Assembly: GCA_905331295.1 (NCBI GenBank)
Contig: CAJNYD010000237.1
Coordinates: 1 to 54,385 of the forward strand
Direction: 5' to 3'
DNA from: Rotaria socialis
Lineage: Eukaryota
DNA: 54,385 nt
The position numbers and the translations under genes were made by a program. Shown one piece after another: positions 1 through 12,433 of this stretch. Position 1 is the stretch's first letter. The number at the start of each line of letters is the position of its first letter. The notes below the pieces were generated by a model. It ran no database searches, was not told the origin of the DNA, and saw nothing but the letters and a program-made list of their open reading frames with translations.

Positions 1-118
1 ACGACACGGAGATTTACGATCGTAATACGGAGCCATGTAATACGGCCAAATACGGCGATTTACCGTCGTATACGGCCCGTATTTCACCGTATACGGACGT
101 CGTAAAGCTCGTCCTGGG
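1..118. mobile_element. Right end of a GC-rich repeat or non-autonomous DNA transposon, truncated by the window edge
   Basis: Abrupt GC-rich tract built of TACGG/CCGTA subrepeats in both orientations. It ends in CCTGGG (113-118) and directly abuts coding sequence of the downstream GPCR frame. Confidence 0.65.
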
Positions 119-2429
119 ATAATTGATAATCACGCATTTCATGTTGTTCCAATATCCGAAAGAATCCAGATCATCAAACATAAGTTTTATCTTCTCTATT
201 CGCGTTCTACTGAAATGCTTGCACATAAGTATTGGCGCTATTTCAATCAAAGTGATGTCAATCATAATCATCCGTATTCAGTTCATTTTGATGTTTTCGC
301 TCTTAACAAGAACAACACTGTAAGAGAAATTGGCTCTTGGCATTATCTAATCTATTTCGACTATCTACCAGCTTTTCGCTTGGCTGTCGTATTGAAATTC
401 CCATCTTGGCTAGGGAATACAACACTTGATCCTTGTTCTAATAAATATTGTAATGAGAATTCCACTTGTCTTCCAGTTTTCAACCACCACAACTCGCATT
501 ATTGTTCTTGTAAAAGTGGTTACTATGGAATAAATTGCAGTATGTACACGCCTCTTTGTGAAACATATTGCTCAGTCAATTCGTTTTGTCGGCCTGATGA
601 TTCTGATCGACAAGCGAAAGAAAAAGAATTTTATTGTATCTGCCCATTGGATCATTTTGGACCACGTTGCAATTTGAAATACGACAATTGTGATCTCAAT
701 CCATGCTTGAACAACGGAACTTGTTTTTCAAAATATGACCCAAATGGTGAAAATTCCTATATGTGCCACTGTTCAGAACGATTCCATGGACATCAATGTC
801 GAGATGAGAAGATGTCTATTTATATCAATTTGAACATGACGAAAATGCTGATCGCTCGTGGAACTGTTGTTCAACTTTATTCATATTTCCCAACTGGCTT
901 TCTGCTTATCGCATATCAGAAAAGCTATATTGGATTGCCATCGGCAATTAGTTTCTACCATCGTAGTGACTATGCACCTCCACTTGGAGTTCTCAAAATT
1001 TACGAAGATCTATCACATCCACAATATTTTCTCATATACTTTTGGAGAAATCAATCAAAGATTAATATCACATCATCTCCACAACACTGTCCACATGCAT
1101 CATTACTATTCTCTGAAGGTCAATTTTTCTACCAATGATAATATTCATATGAAATAGATTTTATTTTCAGGAATCAATCCATCTGTTTCGGCCGTCTTCA
1201 ACTATCATCACATCTGTCACAATAATACTCAACGTGTCTGTTTTCGAGATGAAAATTATTTTTGTATTTGTCAACAAGATCACTATCGTGCTGAATGTTT
1301 CATGCTCGATATTGAACATGATTTTTGTTACCAATGTTTGTCTGGAGGAAAATGTCTTCAAGGTGATCTAGAAGATCCCAACGACTTCATTTGCCTTTGT
1401 CTCTCTTGTCATCAAGGACATCAATGTGAATTTAGCATGCAAGCATTTGGTTTTACTCTCGATTCGTTTCTTGTCAACTACTCAAAAGAAGTAAAGCTAA
1501 TCTATGTGTCTATAGTTTGTCTTCTCTTCATCATTGGACTCCTGAATAATTTCTGTTCATTCGTCACATTCAAACGTCCAACGCCTCGAAAGTTTGGTGT
1601 CGATAATTATTTGTTGATTGTAAGTTGCCTCAATCAAATTTCTTTGGTCTGTTTGCTTTTCAAATTTATCCAAATTACCTTTGGAATTGCTGATATTGGT
1701 TCATGCAAAGTGGTTTCTTATTTTTTTTCAGTGATGACTAGATCAACTAACTGGTTGACAAGTTGGATAACTGTTGATCGTCTTTCTATGATTCTCTATC
1801 CAAGTTCATCGGCTCTAAAAAACCCTCGTCTAGCTCTCGGGATCAGTTTTTTTACATTGATCGTACTCTTCAGTATGCACGTGCATGAAATAATCTATTA
1901 CACAATAATTCGAAATCGTGCCACTGGTTCATCAATTTGTGTAACAAATTTTGGTATCAGTTCAGTATCTACTTACAATCGAATCTCTACTCTCATTCAT
2001 TATCTCTTTCCATTCTTCATTCAAATCCTATGCATCACTTTTTTAATTATTCTGGCTGGACGTAGTCGAATGAAATCAGTTGGACGTAAGATATCGCTTA
2101 GTGATATGTTAAAAAAGCAATTCAAGTCTCAGAAAGAACTTTATGTGACGCCAACGATCATTGTTCTTTCTGCTTTTCCACAAGCCATTCTTACATTCAG
2201 TTTTGCATGTTCACAATTAAGTAATTCGCAAAATCATACACTGCTTGGTTCCTATCTACTTTCATATGCACCACAAATTCTTGGTTTTATTCTCTATGTT
2301 CTGCCATCGACTAGTTACAAGGAAGAATTTTATAAAACATTTATTGGTAAAATGTCTTCGAAATGGATGTTGAGCAAGAAAAAGAGTAAGACTACTATTA
2401 TGAAGACGAAAATAAAAACATCAAAATAA
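119..2429 (+). CDS. EGF-repeat-containing rhodopsin-like (class A) GPCR, 3' part; 5' end interrupted or outside the window
   Basis: Exon 119-1118, GT-AG intron 1119-1170 (phase 1), exon 1171-2429 join in frame. Several EGF-like Cys repeats (CSNKYC...CSCKSGYYGINC; CDLNPCLNNGTC...CHCSERFHGHQC) are followed by seven hydrophobic segments with TM3 WITVDRL and TM7 GFILYVLPS. Confidence 0.85.
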
Positions 2430-2588
2430 CTTCAATGTTTCGAACTTGTTGTGCTTGTGCGTTTTTGATCAAATACAATCTCACAATATATGTAGTATGT
2501 GTAAGATATGGATGTTTGAGAGTGGAAAGAAATGGCACACGCCCTCACAAAGTGTGGATGTCGGTGCGTATGTTCATCTCATTGAGAT

Positions 2589-2901
2589 CAACGACATAGC
2601 CAGGATTTTCTGAAGGGGGAGCGGGATCAAATATTTTTATTATACATTAATCAAGGGGGAAAAGATGGATTTAGGATTTCAAAAAAAATTCCAAATTCCC
2701 AAAATCCAAACCGTGAATGATGGAATTTTCATATGAATTTTTTTCCATATGTAAGTCTCATGATCCTTAGAATATTCTAAAATTTTCAGCGTAAATGGAT
2801 GTTTCCTTCTGAATATATTATTGATATTTGATTAATGCCATTTACAATAAGTGGAAATTTTCAGTCATTTTTTAAACCCCCTCCCCCTAAATACGCCACT
2901 G
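2589..2901. mobile_element. Degenerate hAT-like MITE
   Basis: Left end CAACGACATA versus reverse complement of right end CAGTGGCGTA (mismatches are all transitions). G-rich/C-rich subterminal tracts. Flanking 8-mers ATTGAGAT (2581-2588) and ATAGGGAT (2902-2909) match 6/8, like an aged 8-bp TSD. Confidence 0.55.
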
Positions 2902-3529
2902 ATAGGGATCCACACTCCCAAGATAGTTAAACAGACTGCGTTTCAAAATGTTCCATCTTAGTTCAAGCGGCTTGTGCTGGAACCATCTTCAAGCAAGAGG
3001 TACAAATTTAAATTAAGTAGAAACTTTGGTGTTTTATTCATGAATCAATGAAACCTTTAGAAGTCCAGCATGTACTCTAAAACCATGAATGGTTTCTTAT
3101 GATGCCTGTTTTTAGAGAGTATAGTAAACATGCATTTTATAATATTCAAAACTCTTGATGTTTTTGTTTTCAATAGCTCTCATTGAAACTATATAGAGCT
3201 AATTGAAATTGTAGATTTGGTGATAACAAATAATATAAATAATTAGTTATGGAGATAAGACCAATAACCGCATTTTTCATTCAAATAAAACTTGCGTCTG
3301 TTTCAGAAGTTTTATCTAAATGTCATGTTTATTTAATAGCAAAACACAAAAAGTTCATTTAGAAATGTTTTTTTATATCATTGATAAGTTGTGTAGTCGT
3401 TTTATCTGTACGTGTAATTGGAATATATACCATAATCCATCCGATAGTTGTTCAATTTTAATGAAAAATTTGAATGTCAATGCCAATTTGCTCGTCAATT
3501 TAGCATTTTCATAGTCATTAGTTGCTTTT

Positions 3530-3727
3530 TTAGTTCGACAAACAACTGAAATGGTGACTATAATGAAACTCATTACACTCCATTTGTGATTCTTCCTGAC
3601 ATTTTTTTAAACGAGCAATTCGTTCTGCACGATCTTGTGTATGAGAACAGTAGCTAGAGCCGTTTGTTGCCAACGTAGTAGTGCTAAGCTGTTGAGAAGT
3701 TTTTATAATTGCTTCCGAATCTGTCAT
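3530..3727 (-). CDS. Possible small (65 aa) hypothetical protein
   Basis: ATG sits immediately after a candidate AG acceptor (possible 58-nt 5'UTR intron 3785-3728). Composition is protein-like (DRAERIARLKKCQEESQMECNEF) and AATAAA lies downstream. No recognisable family. Confidence 0.4.
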   Translation of the reverse strand: MTDSEAIIKTSQQLSTTTLATNGSSYCSHTQDRAERIARLKKCQEESQMECNEFHYSHHFSCLSN

Positions 3728-4919
3728 CTTATGAGAAAATGTATGTTAATTGATAAACTGCGACGTAAAATGAATTGAGCAAAACGTATTTTGGGTGTGG
3801 ATGTGGGTGAGCCGGTATAGATCTTCTTGTCACACACACACACACACAAAGTTTGTGATCGTTTTCGGTGTTTAAAATGCTATATAAAATATATGAGATT
3901 AATGCAAATTTCTCAGTGTCTACAATTCATCAGATAAAATCTACAATTTTGATCAGAAAATAAAAGAGTTTCTCTTGGGACGGAAACTTGTTTCCACTTC
4001 GTCTCATGTTACGTTATTCGGAATTTTGGTGCATAGCATTATTATGAAAGACCGATCTTTGTAGACTGTTTGAATGAGGGGATTACTCACATGGCCTATT
4101 CCAAAAAGGATTTAATGATAATGACCCTACTGATATCTGCAATCTTCAAGAAAAACAAATTTTCAATATAACTACTGGAAACGTTCATTTTTCGTACAAG
4201 TTATCAAGGTCAATTTAACTAATATCGGAAGTGAATGACAATCAAGCAATTCTGTTGAATGCTTAGCATGTACGCATATTATATTATTAATAATATTCTC
4301 GACAATATATTGATCTCTCTTTTGTGTTTTTTGCGTGAAAATATCTATAAATAGAATTTATTAAGCAGCAGAACTTCATCACGATGACTTTCTGCCATTG
4401 AAGTGATTGTTTTGTACTCTGTGGCACATTGTTTCTCTTGTGAAGAATAACGCTTAACATTTTCATGTCGCTATAAGAAAAAATATTTCATCGTAGATCT
4501 TTATTAACAGTCTCCAGAAGTAACAAGTTAATAAAGATATCAATGTGTCCACGAATTCACACGAGAATAAGATACATGAATTTTTCTTATATAGAATCTA
4601 GTCATCGTATGCTAAGCATTGATGCAATCAACTGAATAATGTTGATGACCGGAAAACTGTTTTTCTCGGATAGTGCGCACGATGAGTTTAAGAACGAAAT
4701 CCGACACTATTCAGAACAACATTTTCTTCAATGCTACAAAACTTGTACACGTGTGACGATTCAAATAACAAATGTCACCATCAATCATCTCATTATCAAC
4801 AAATTATATCAAATAATTAGTCTAAAATAAAACTTTTAGACAAAATCAAACGATTTAAAAAAAATATTTCTACATGAAAAAAAAGGAAACAAGAAAAAAA
4901 TATTAATATGAAAAAATTC

Positions 4920-6985
4920 TTAATTTCTGTTTCGTTTAGCTGAATAGTGTTGGGCGAAAGAATTATGTGTAGATTGCGGAAATAGTAAACGTTTAAATGC
5001 TGTTCGAAATTCAACATTAAAAACCGTATAAATCAATGGATTACAAGCACTATTTATATACCCAAGCCAGAGAATAAGTGTAGGTAATGGTTCCTTCATA
5101 TACAATGACACATCGATAAAAGCGGATAGAATATAAACCACAAAAAATGGCAGCCAACATAGAAGAAAAACACTGATAATAATTCCAAGTGTTCGTGATA
5201 GACGGCGTTCGCGTGTTAGAGAAATTTTCTGTCGTTCATTCATCAATGTTGCTAGACTTTTGCCTTTGAAAAGACTTCGGCGGCCGATTTCTTTTGATGC
5301 AACACGTTTTTTATTCGAGAAATCCGTAGTTTGTACAGCAGCATGTTGTTGTTGAACGAGAAAGCCATTTTCGATATTTTTTTCATCAGTTGGATATTGT
5401 CCAAATAACGGAATTGCTAATGCATCTGCAGCTAAATAAATAATTGAATTTTTCTATTGAAAGTTAAACTATTTTTTTCTTCTTTGAAATCGAGAATAAA
5501 CAAGGGAAGACTTCAAAATCTCTTTAAAACAGTTTCAATGCTAATTTTCTCGAGAAACACACAGTTAAGATTTCATAGGTCTTGCGCAAGAGAAAAAAAG
5601 TCTACCTTAATCCTTACCTTTCTGAAGTACATTATCGTTATCAGCATTGATTAAAATTAACTCGGGCGACGTATTAATATCCTTTAGTTGACATCCAATT
5701 GGATGGTTACTGCTTGATGCTCGCGATAGGTTTGCTCGCATAATTTCTTCCGGATCATCCAAACTGATGTTGTCTACTACACTACCGTTGGATTGTGAAG
5801 ATTTTAATGACGAACCAGCTGAATGAGTTTGCGATGATTTTGTCGCATGCTTTTTGTGATGATGCCGATGATGATGATGATGATGATGATGATGCTTGTG
5901 TTTAATATTATTATCCATTGCTATATCAGTTGGCGTTAATGGATTATTATCTGTTCGAGTAGCTCTTGCTAGTTTAGCCGCGGCTATAAAAAAAAACATA
6001 CATAAAAACTAATTAGTTTTTTTTTACATAGAATTTCAAATTTACACCAGAAAAAAAGCATAATTGCTTTAGTCATTAGAACGATGTAAATCATTTGATA
6101 CGACCGGCACATAGATAATAACAAAAAAATCGACTCCGTCTATACTTAGAAAGGCTCATTATTGTCATGCAGAGAATGGTGTAATGATGAAGAGAAAAAA
6201 AACAGCAGACTCTAACCTTTAGCTCTTTCACGAAAACGTTTTTTTGTTTCAATGAAAACATGTGCATAAACAATCGTCATAATTAACGCTGGTATATAAA
6301 ATGAACCGCAAGCGGAATAAATAACATAAGCTTTATTATTTGATAATTCACATTGTTGAAATTCATTAAAATTCTGTAATTCTCGTGAACCAAGCATGGC
6401 TGCTATGATTGGTGGAATTGATATAGTTGCTGATAACATCCATACAAGCATAATCATCAGAAATACACGTCGTATTGTACGTTGACGAGCATAATGTATC
6501 GGATCACTTATAGCCCAATAACGATCGAGCTAAAATCACACATAAAAATAAAGCTAGATTTTCTTCACAATAAAATAATAAATATTTACCGCAATAGCAC
6601 AAAGATTTAATATTGATGAAGTGCATAGAAGAACATCAGACGTGACAAAAATTTGACACATGATTTTACCGAATATCCATCGTTTTAGTATATGTGTGAC
6701 AATATGAAATGGCATAACGAGAATGGCAACAAACATATCAGAAAAAGCAAGTGAAACAATAAAAAAATTTTGTACAGTTCGTAATGGTCGAAATGTAAAA
6801 ACAGATAAGATAACAAGTACATTTCCGCATATACATAAAACAACAATACTCGAAAGAACGAATGCAACAGGTAATACTTTAACCAGTGACATCGGACGAA
6901 TAAGCGATGGTAATGGAGGGGCTATAATCGAGGTTGTATTAATTGAAGTAAAAAAGTTCAGTGCCGGAGGAGATAATAGAGCCAT
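4920..6985 (-). CDS. Tyramine/octopamine receptor, TAR1 (Oct-TyrR/ser-2) type aminergic GPCR
   Basis: Exons 6985-6590, 6529-6217, 5983-5618 and 5431-4920 join in frame via GT-AG introns. Motifs [29 protein letters not shown]3 [46 protein letters not shown] and NPLIY match TAR1-type receptors. Start Met is uncertain because the frame is open to an acceptor at 7155. Confidence 0.9.
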
Positions 6986-7831
6986 AGTTGAATCACTCGA
7001 CGAAACCAAATACCAATCGATATTGCTTATATTTAATGGTAGAAGAATATTATTATTATTATTATTATTGGAATAATCATTGCTTAAATCAAAATTTGGC
7101 ACGTATAAACCTTCAACCTCACCGCGATGAATAGATATTGTCAATGGTAGTTGCACTAAAAGGAAAAGAAACAAAAAAAACACAATGGAAGAATGTTTAT
7201 TTTCCCTCTCGTTAAGGCTTAGAAAAATATGTCGCATTTTTCTTCAAGCCCGTAAAAGCATGTTTTTAGTGAATGCCTGCCACTAGGCTATTCAAATCGA
7301 AATAAAGAAAATTTCGAATAATAGCTTCCTCTTATTTTCTCTGTATATCGTTTATTGTGTAGTTTTACACTCAAATATGTTTTCATCTACATTCAACGAG
7401 CGAGCGAGCGAGCGAGCGAGACACAATATTTCTCTCTTCTATTTATTTAATAATAGCAATATTTAATGTTCTGTCTTCACTAGAATTATAAACAAATTAA
7501 CTTATATATCGTATGCAGCGAAAAGAAAGAATAAGATGAACTCGTATTATTAAGTGTCTCTATAATCATGTTAACTTGATGCCTTTTTAGAATGATTGCT
7601 CATAAGAAGATTGTTCGTATACTTATTTTATTAATGAATAATTTTTTCATTATACACGAGTTACACAGGGTTTCATAGAAAAACGAAATCATCTGCATCC
7701 ATATAACTACTAATAAATCATTTTCCTATTAATCAACGCAGTTGTCAATTAGTTAAATAGGATTTTCATGATAAAAATGATAGGTCTCTATACTTAGTCG
7801 ACACGATCTATTAATTCATGGCTTATTTCGC

Positions 7832-7862
7832 CTTCTTCTTCTTCTTCTTCTTCTTCTTCTTC
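7832..7862. repeat. (CTT)n microsatellite
   Basis: About 10 tandem CTT units. Other short microsatellites nearby: (CGAG)n at ~7396-7420 and (CT)n(AT)n at ~8073-8125. Confidence 0.9.
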
Positions 7863-10800
7863 TAGCTTCAAATCACCGACTTCTTCGACTAATCGAAAGA
7901 AAAGAAGAAGCGATGAACTTATTTGGCACAGAACATTCGACATTTATCAATGTCATTTAAATAGTATACAATCTATCAACTCGAAAATAAACGCCGTAAG
8001 TTTTCTCTTATTATATTTCCTATGGGACATACTCGGGAATGCAAAATAAATTGGTTAAATAATTAAGGAACTTTCTCTCTCCTCTCTCTCTCTCTCTATA
8101 TATATATATATGTATATATATATATCCTATAAATCCGCAGAAAAAATGGCATTTTAACATAAATAGTTGACGTATTTGACTAGGTATATTGTCCTTGCTG
8201 CTGTTGATAAATGTTTATTTAATCAAAACGGATATTTGCCCAGAAGATGGAATAAGAGAGATCTACTTGATATTTTAATTGATTTTGTTCGTTTTTATTT
8301 AAATATGTACACTGGTTCGCACAATAAATAATAGAAGCGTCTATGAAGAGATCGAAATAAAGAAGAAAAAGAAAATTCTCATAAAAATTATTCTCTTAGC
8401 CATTTAAAAATCAAACTTCCTTTTTTATGAAAGAACCATTTGACCTAAAGGTCTCATTGAACAATGAATAAAATAACGGTTATTTCTAACACGATCTTAA
8501 TTTGACACATTATATTGCGTTGCTACCTGATTTTTGCCTATAGATAGCACGGAAATTTGTATCTCTATGTATAGATAAGGCCAAATTACTTACGCAAAAT
8601 AGTCGTTTTCTAAATCTAATTTGTCTTTTTGTATGGAAATTTTATAATTATCTGAGAAAAAAAGGTAGAATAGGGGATGTAAAAATTTAGAATATATATA
8701 GCCGGAGAAAAAGAAAAATATAAGTAACAAAGTGAATACACTAAATGGATGCAGACGATAAAAACGCCACTGATTGCATTTGTTTGGATCAATCAATTCA
8801 CATATTTTTGCCTTTCTTTTATAAAAGACTATGGATGCATGTCATCGCTCTTCTTGCTATTGTTTACACTATGTAAACAGGTCTTGGAACTTGTTCAATC
8901 TTCCTCATGCATGCAGCACGAGAGAAAATAAATAGCTTTCTTATTACACTCTTCTTTTAGTGCACAAATGGATCAAATAGAAGACACATCGACGACAAAA
9001 TAATTCTCTCGTCTCGAATTATTCTAAGTACTCTAGCACAAAAGTATCTAAGAATACATTTCATCAAATTTAACTCTAATCGAGTTATTAGCAGGAAAAG
9101 ATCTGGTCTTCAGCCGATGAAATTTTATTTTTTGCACAAACAATTTCTATCATAACTCTAATCTCTATATAGAATTCTGTGCTTAACAATGTTGAAAATC
9201 TTTCCTGTATTCTCTGATGACAAGAGAAAAACGAGCTCATTAGGCCATAAATAGAGCTCTATTACAAGTACTTTGTCACTGTCGTGGCATTTCCAAAAGG
9301 CATTCTTTTGTTCTAACACTTTGTATTTGAGAATATCTTGACTTCTCAGAATTATAGCTAATGAAAATACGATCTCCAGCAAGAGTTCAGCAATATATTT
9401 TGTTCTCTTTTGTCTTCTACTAGCTTGTAGACACGAACATGTTTATTGAAAAGGATCATTAGAGCTAACAAGCGAAAAATATATATACGCTGAATATAAA
9501 TAATTAAATGCGTTCAAATATAGTATGTTTTTATTCATAATAGAATTAATTATATATACATATATATTGTCTTTTTAATGCCGACCATGCAAACAATTAT
9601 TTATTATAATCAAGACATGCAAAAAATAAGAAGACGTTTTGCATAAACAGAACTTACTGATTATCTTTCCTTTTGTTAGAGCGGTTATTTGTTAGCCTGT
9701 TGGTAGCATTCCATGCATATAAGAAGAATAAAAATGAAACAAAACCTAATGCATGATAAGAGCAATTTTTAATGTTTAAATGCCATTGAAGTGATAAGAA
9801 AAGCACGCATCGTGAAGACGAGATCTAGAGATCTGAAAGAAAGAGAAAAAACTGACTTCTAGAACAAATGAGATCCATTTATGAGCTTAACTAAAAATAT
9901 AGAATGAAATCAGATGTAATATCCGTTAATGATTTTTTTTTTGCCAGCTTCTACAGTTCCTGATTACAACAAAATTCGTTGAGATTATGCACCCGACATA
10001 GCAAACGAAAGAAAAAAATCTAATTCCACCGCAGGTAATTAGAGTTAGAATATATCCGATTTTCAGAAACTTATTAAATTAGATTCACAAATTTGACCAT
10101 CAAATAGAAAATGAATAATGGACTTGAAGCGACAAAATACATGTCGCTATCTAAGAGCATCGTCCTCATGATACACAAATAAAAATGCATACATAATTAA
10201 GACACATTTTCCGAGATGTCGAACTTGAGCACGGTGGGACATTATAATGTGTGCGTGCCCATTAAAATATAGTTTAATCAATGAAAAACCTACTTGAATA
10301 CGTCTTCTATTGGCCATCATCTGTGAGAAAAAAAAAATATGCATATTATAAATAAAAGAATCTTCTTTCCGTACTAGTAATATTAACCTCAGCTCACAAA
10401 ACTAAGAGAATACGATTTAGATTGTGTCGACATTCTCGAGCAAAATATTCTCCAATAATTAAAGAGCATTGAAAGCTCTCTCTCTCTCTCTCTTTTGTTC
10501 GTACAATGAATAGATTGAAAACAGAGTTTTCCATTACATTGCAAACTAGTCTAGATCGTCTATTAATACGACATGAAAATCTCGTTCGCTATTTTATTTG
10601 TATATAGATATCGATGGATATATATATATAAGTAAAACGAACGATTCTTCTCCGCGATCGTGCTTGTATAAAGACCTTATTTATGTATGCATGGCGTTCT
10701 CTCAACTGGGAGTTCGAATGCGAAATGATGATGTTAAAAATAATCGTAATAGTCAATCCTATTCAAGCTTCGTCTTTTTCTGTTTCTTTGTTAATATGAG

Positions 10801-12433
10801 TTGACTGTACCAGAAGTAGATTTTTCTTCTTTCTTCTTATTATACTCAGTTGTTCACGGTTGTCGATACGAATAAAACGATAAATAATTCATAAACATGT
10901 CAAACTTATCACGCTTTCCCTATTGAAAATAAAACGATACATTTGCTTGTTTAAAATTTTGCTGCCTCAGACAAAAGCATTGAAAGGAAATATGAATCGC
11001 AAAAAGTCTGCCTACCATATTATTCTATATGATTTTGTTATTAATAATCTTATTTGTACTTACCTAGAGGCATATCAGAACCATATGCGTAATCTAATAA
11101 AAAGATAACTAAGTGCATAGTTTCTATATGTTCTATCTTTTTAATAAGGCATGTGGCTTTTTTAAGATACACAATCATAGATGGATGCAGCGCCTTGTCA
11201 CATGACGTCGATCATTAGCATTCTTTTCTCTTAGTACGATTTTTCGCCTGCATCACTCTTCTCGTTTTTTTCTTTTTACTAAATGGTGCTGGCATACAGG
11301 AAGTGTAAAACGCCGGCCGAATATTGCACAAAGCAAATAATATGATTTTCGAAAAAATAAAGAATAAGCATAATTGATTTGTTGTCCTTGTTCTGATAGT
11401 ACAAGATACATGGCGTAAGAGTTTTTATGTTATTACAGTAAGCATATGTTTACACACATCTTCAACCAACTTCTTCAGTTATATTATCAGTAAACAAGCA
11501 AAAACATGATTTTCTTTCATAATTAGTTAATCAATAGTCATTGACGAAGAAAAAAAATATATCAATATCTTCTGTTTAATTATTAAATCATTTATATTAT
11601 ATATATATATATATATATAAAGAGGGAGATGGAATACAAAATTCAATTCGTTACATTGATGAATAAGAACGAAATAAATGAGCACTGTAGCATCATCACT
11701 ATCGTTTCTTGTTGTTATCGCCATATCAACATATGCGAAACAGAAACGTGTGTAATTCATTGATAAGCTATTTAAGTTGATATGTCTGTAAATCAGAAGG
11801 AATCTATAAGCTACTCAGTGGAGTAATCATTATATCTCAAGAGATTTACATACAATTTTGTATTCATTTTAATCAGACCACTTCTACCATGAATAAAAGT
11901 CTCGACATTAGAAATAGTATAGTCATAATTGATTTTTCAACAATAAATCGAGCTAAATATGGTATTTAGTTTCTTATTCCATTGTAAATATTTAACAATA
12001 GATTATTAAAAACCGCAACGCTTCTGCTGTAATTGATATGTAATATAAATTTAATTTTTGAGCAATTATTTTCAATAATAAGCACATATGCAAAACACGA
12101 AATACAAGGAAATGAAGTACGCCGACAAAAAAAGTTAACGAAGCAAACTAACAATATGCGTTGTTTTGTTTTTAAAAATTAGTCACAAATGGAATAGGAA
12201 GTATTTGCAGGTCGTGCCATTCGATACGCGTACGGTTCAATAAACGTGCGCAAATACCAACGCAGCACAGCATCACATCTTATTCAAAGGATGTTTTTTC
12301 ATTATCGGAAAAGATGTCGCTTTCGATGGTTGAGGTTGATGTCAAGGCAATAGCGTGTGTATGTCTAGTCGATAGATGTTCTCGCCATACGTTTATGAAA
12401 CAACTACTATACGAATTCAATTAAACGTTTAAA

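Noticed and set aside
4040..4210. Short protein-like plus-strand frame ending at a GT
   Set aside because: No start, no downstream exon and no recognisable motif.
9657..9718. Possible 5'UTR exon of the tyramine receptor with short uORFs
   Set aside because: Only a GTAAGT donor and nearby ATGs support it, which is insufficient without transcript data.
7240..12400. Many 60-80 aa ORFs in the long intergenic region
   Set aside because: F/I/K/L-rich translations typical of AT-rich non-coding DNA, with no consistent splice structure.
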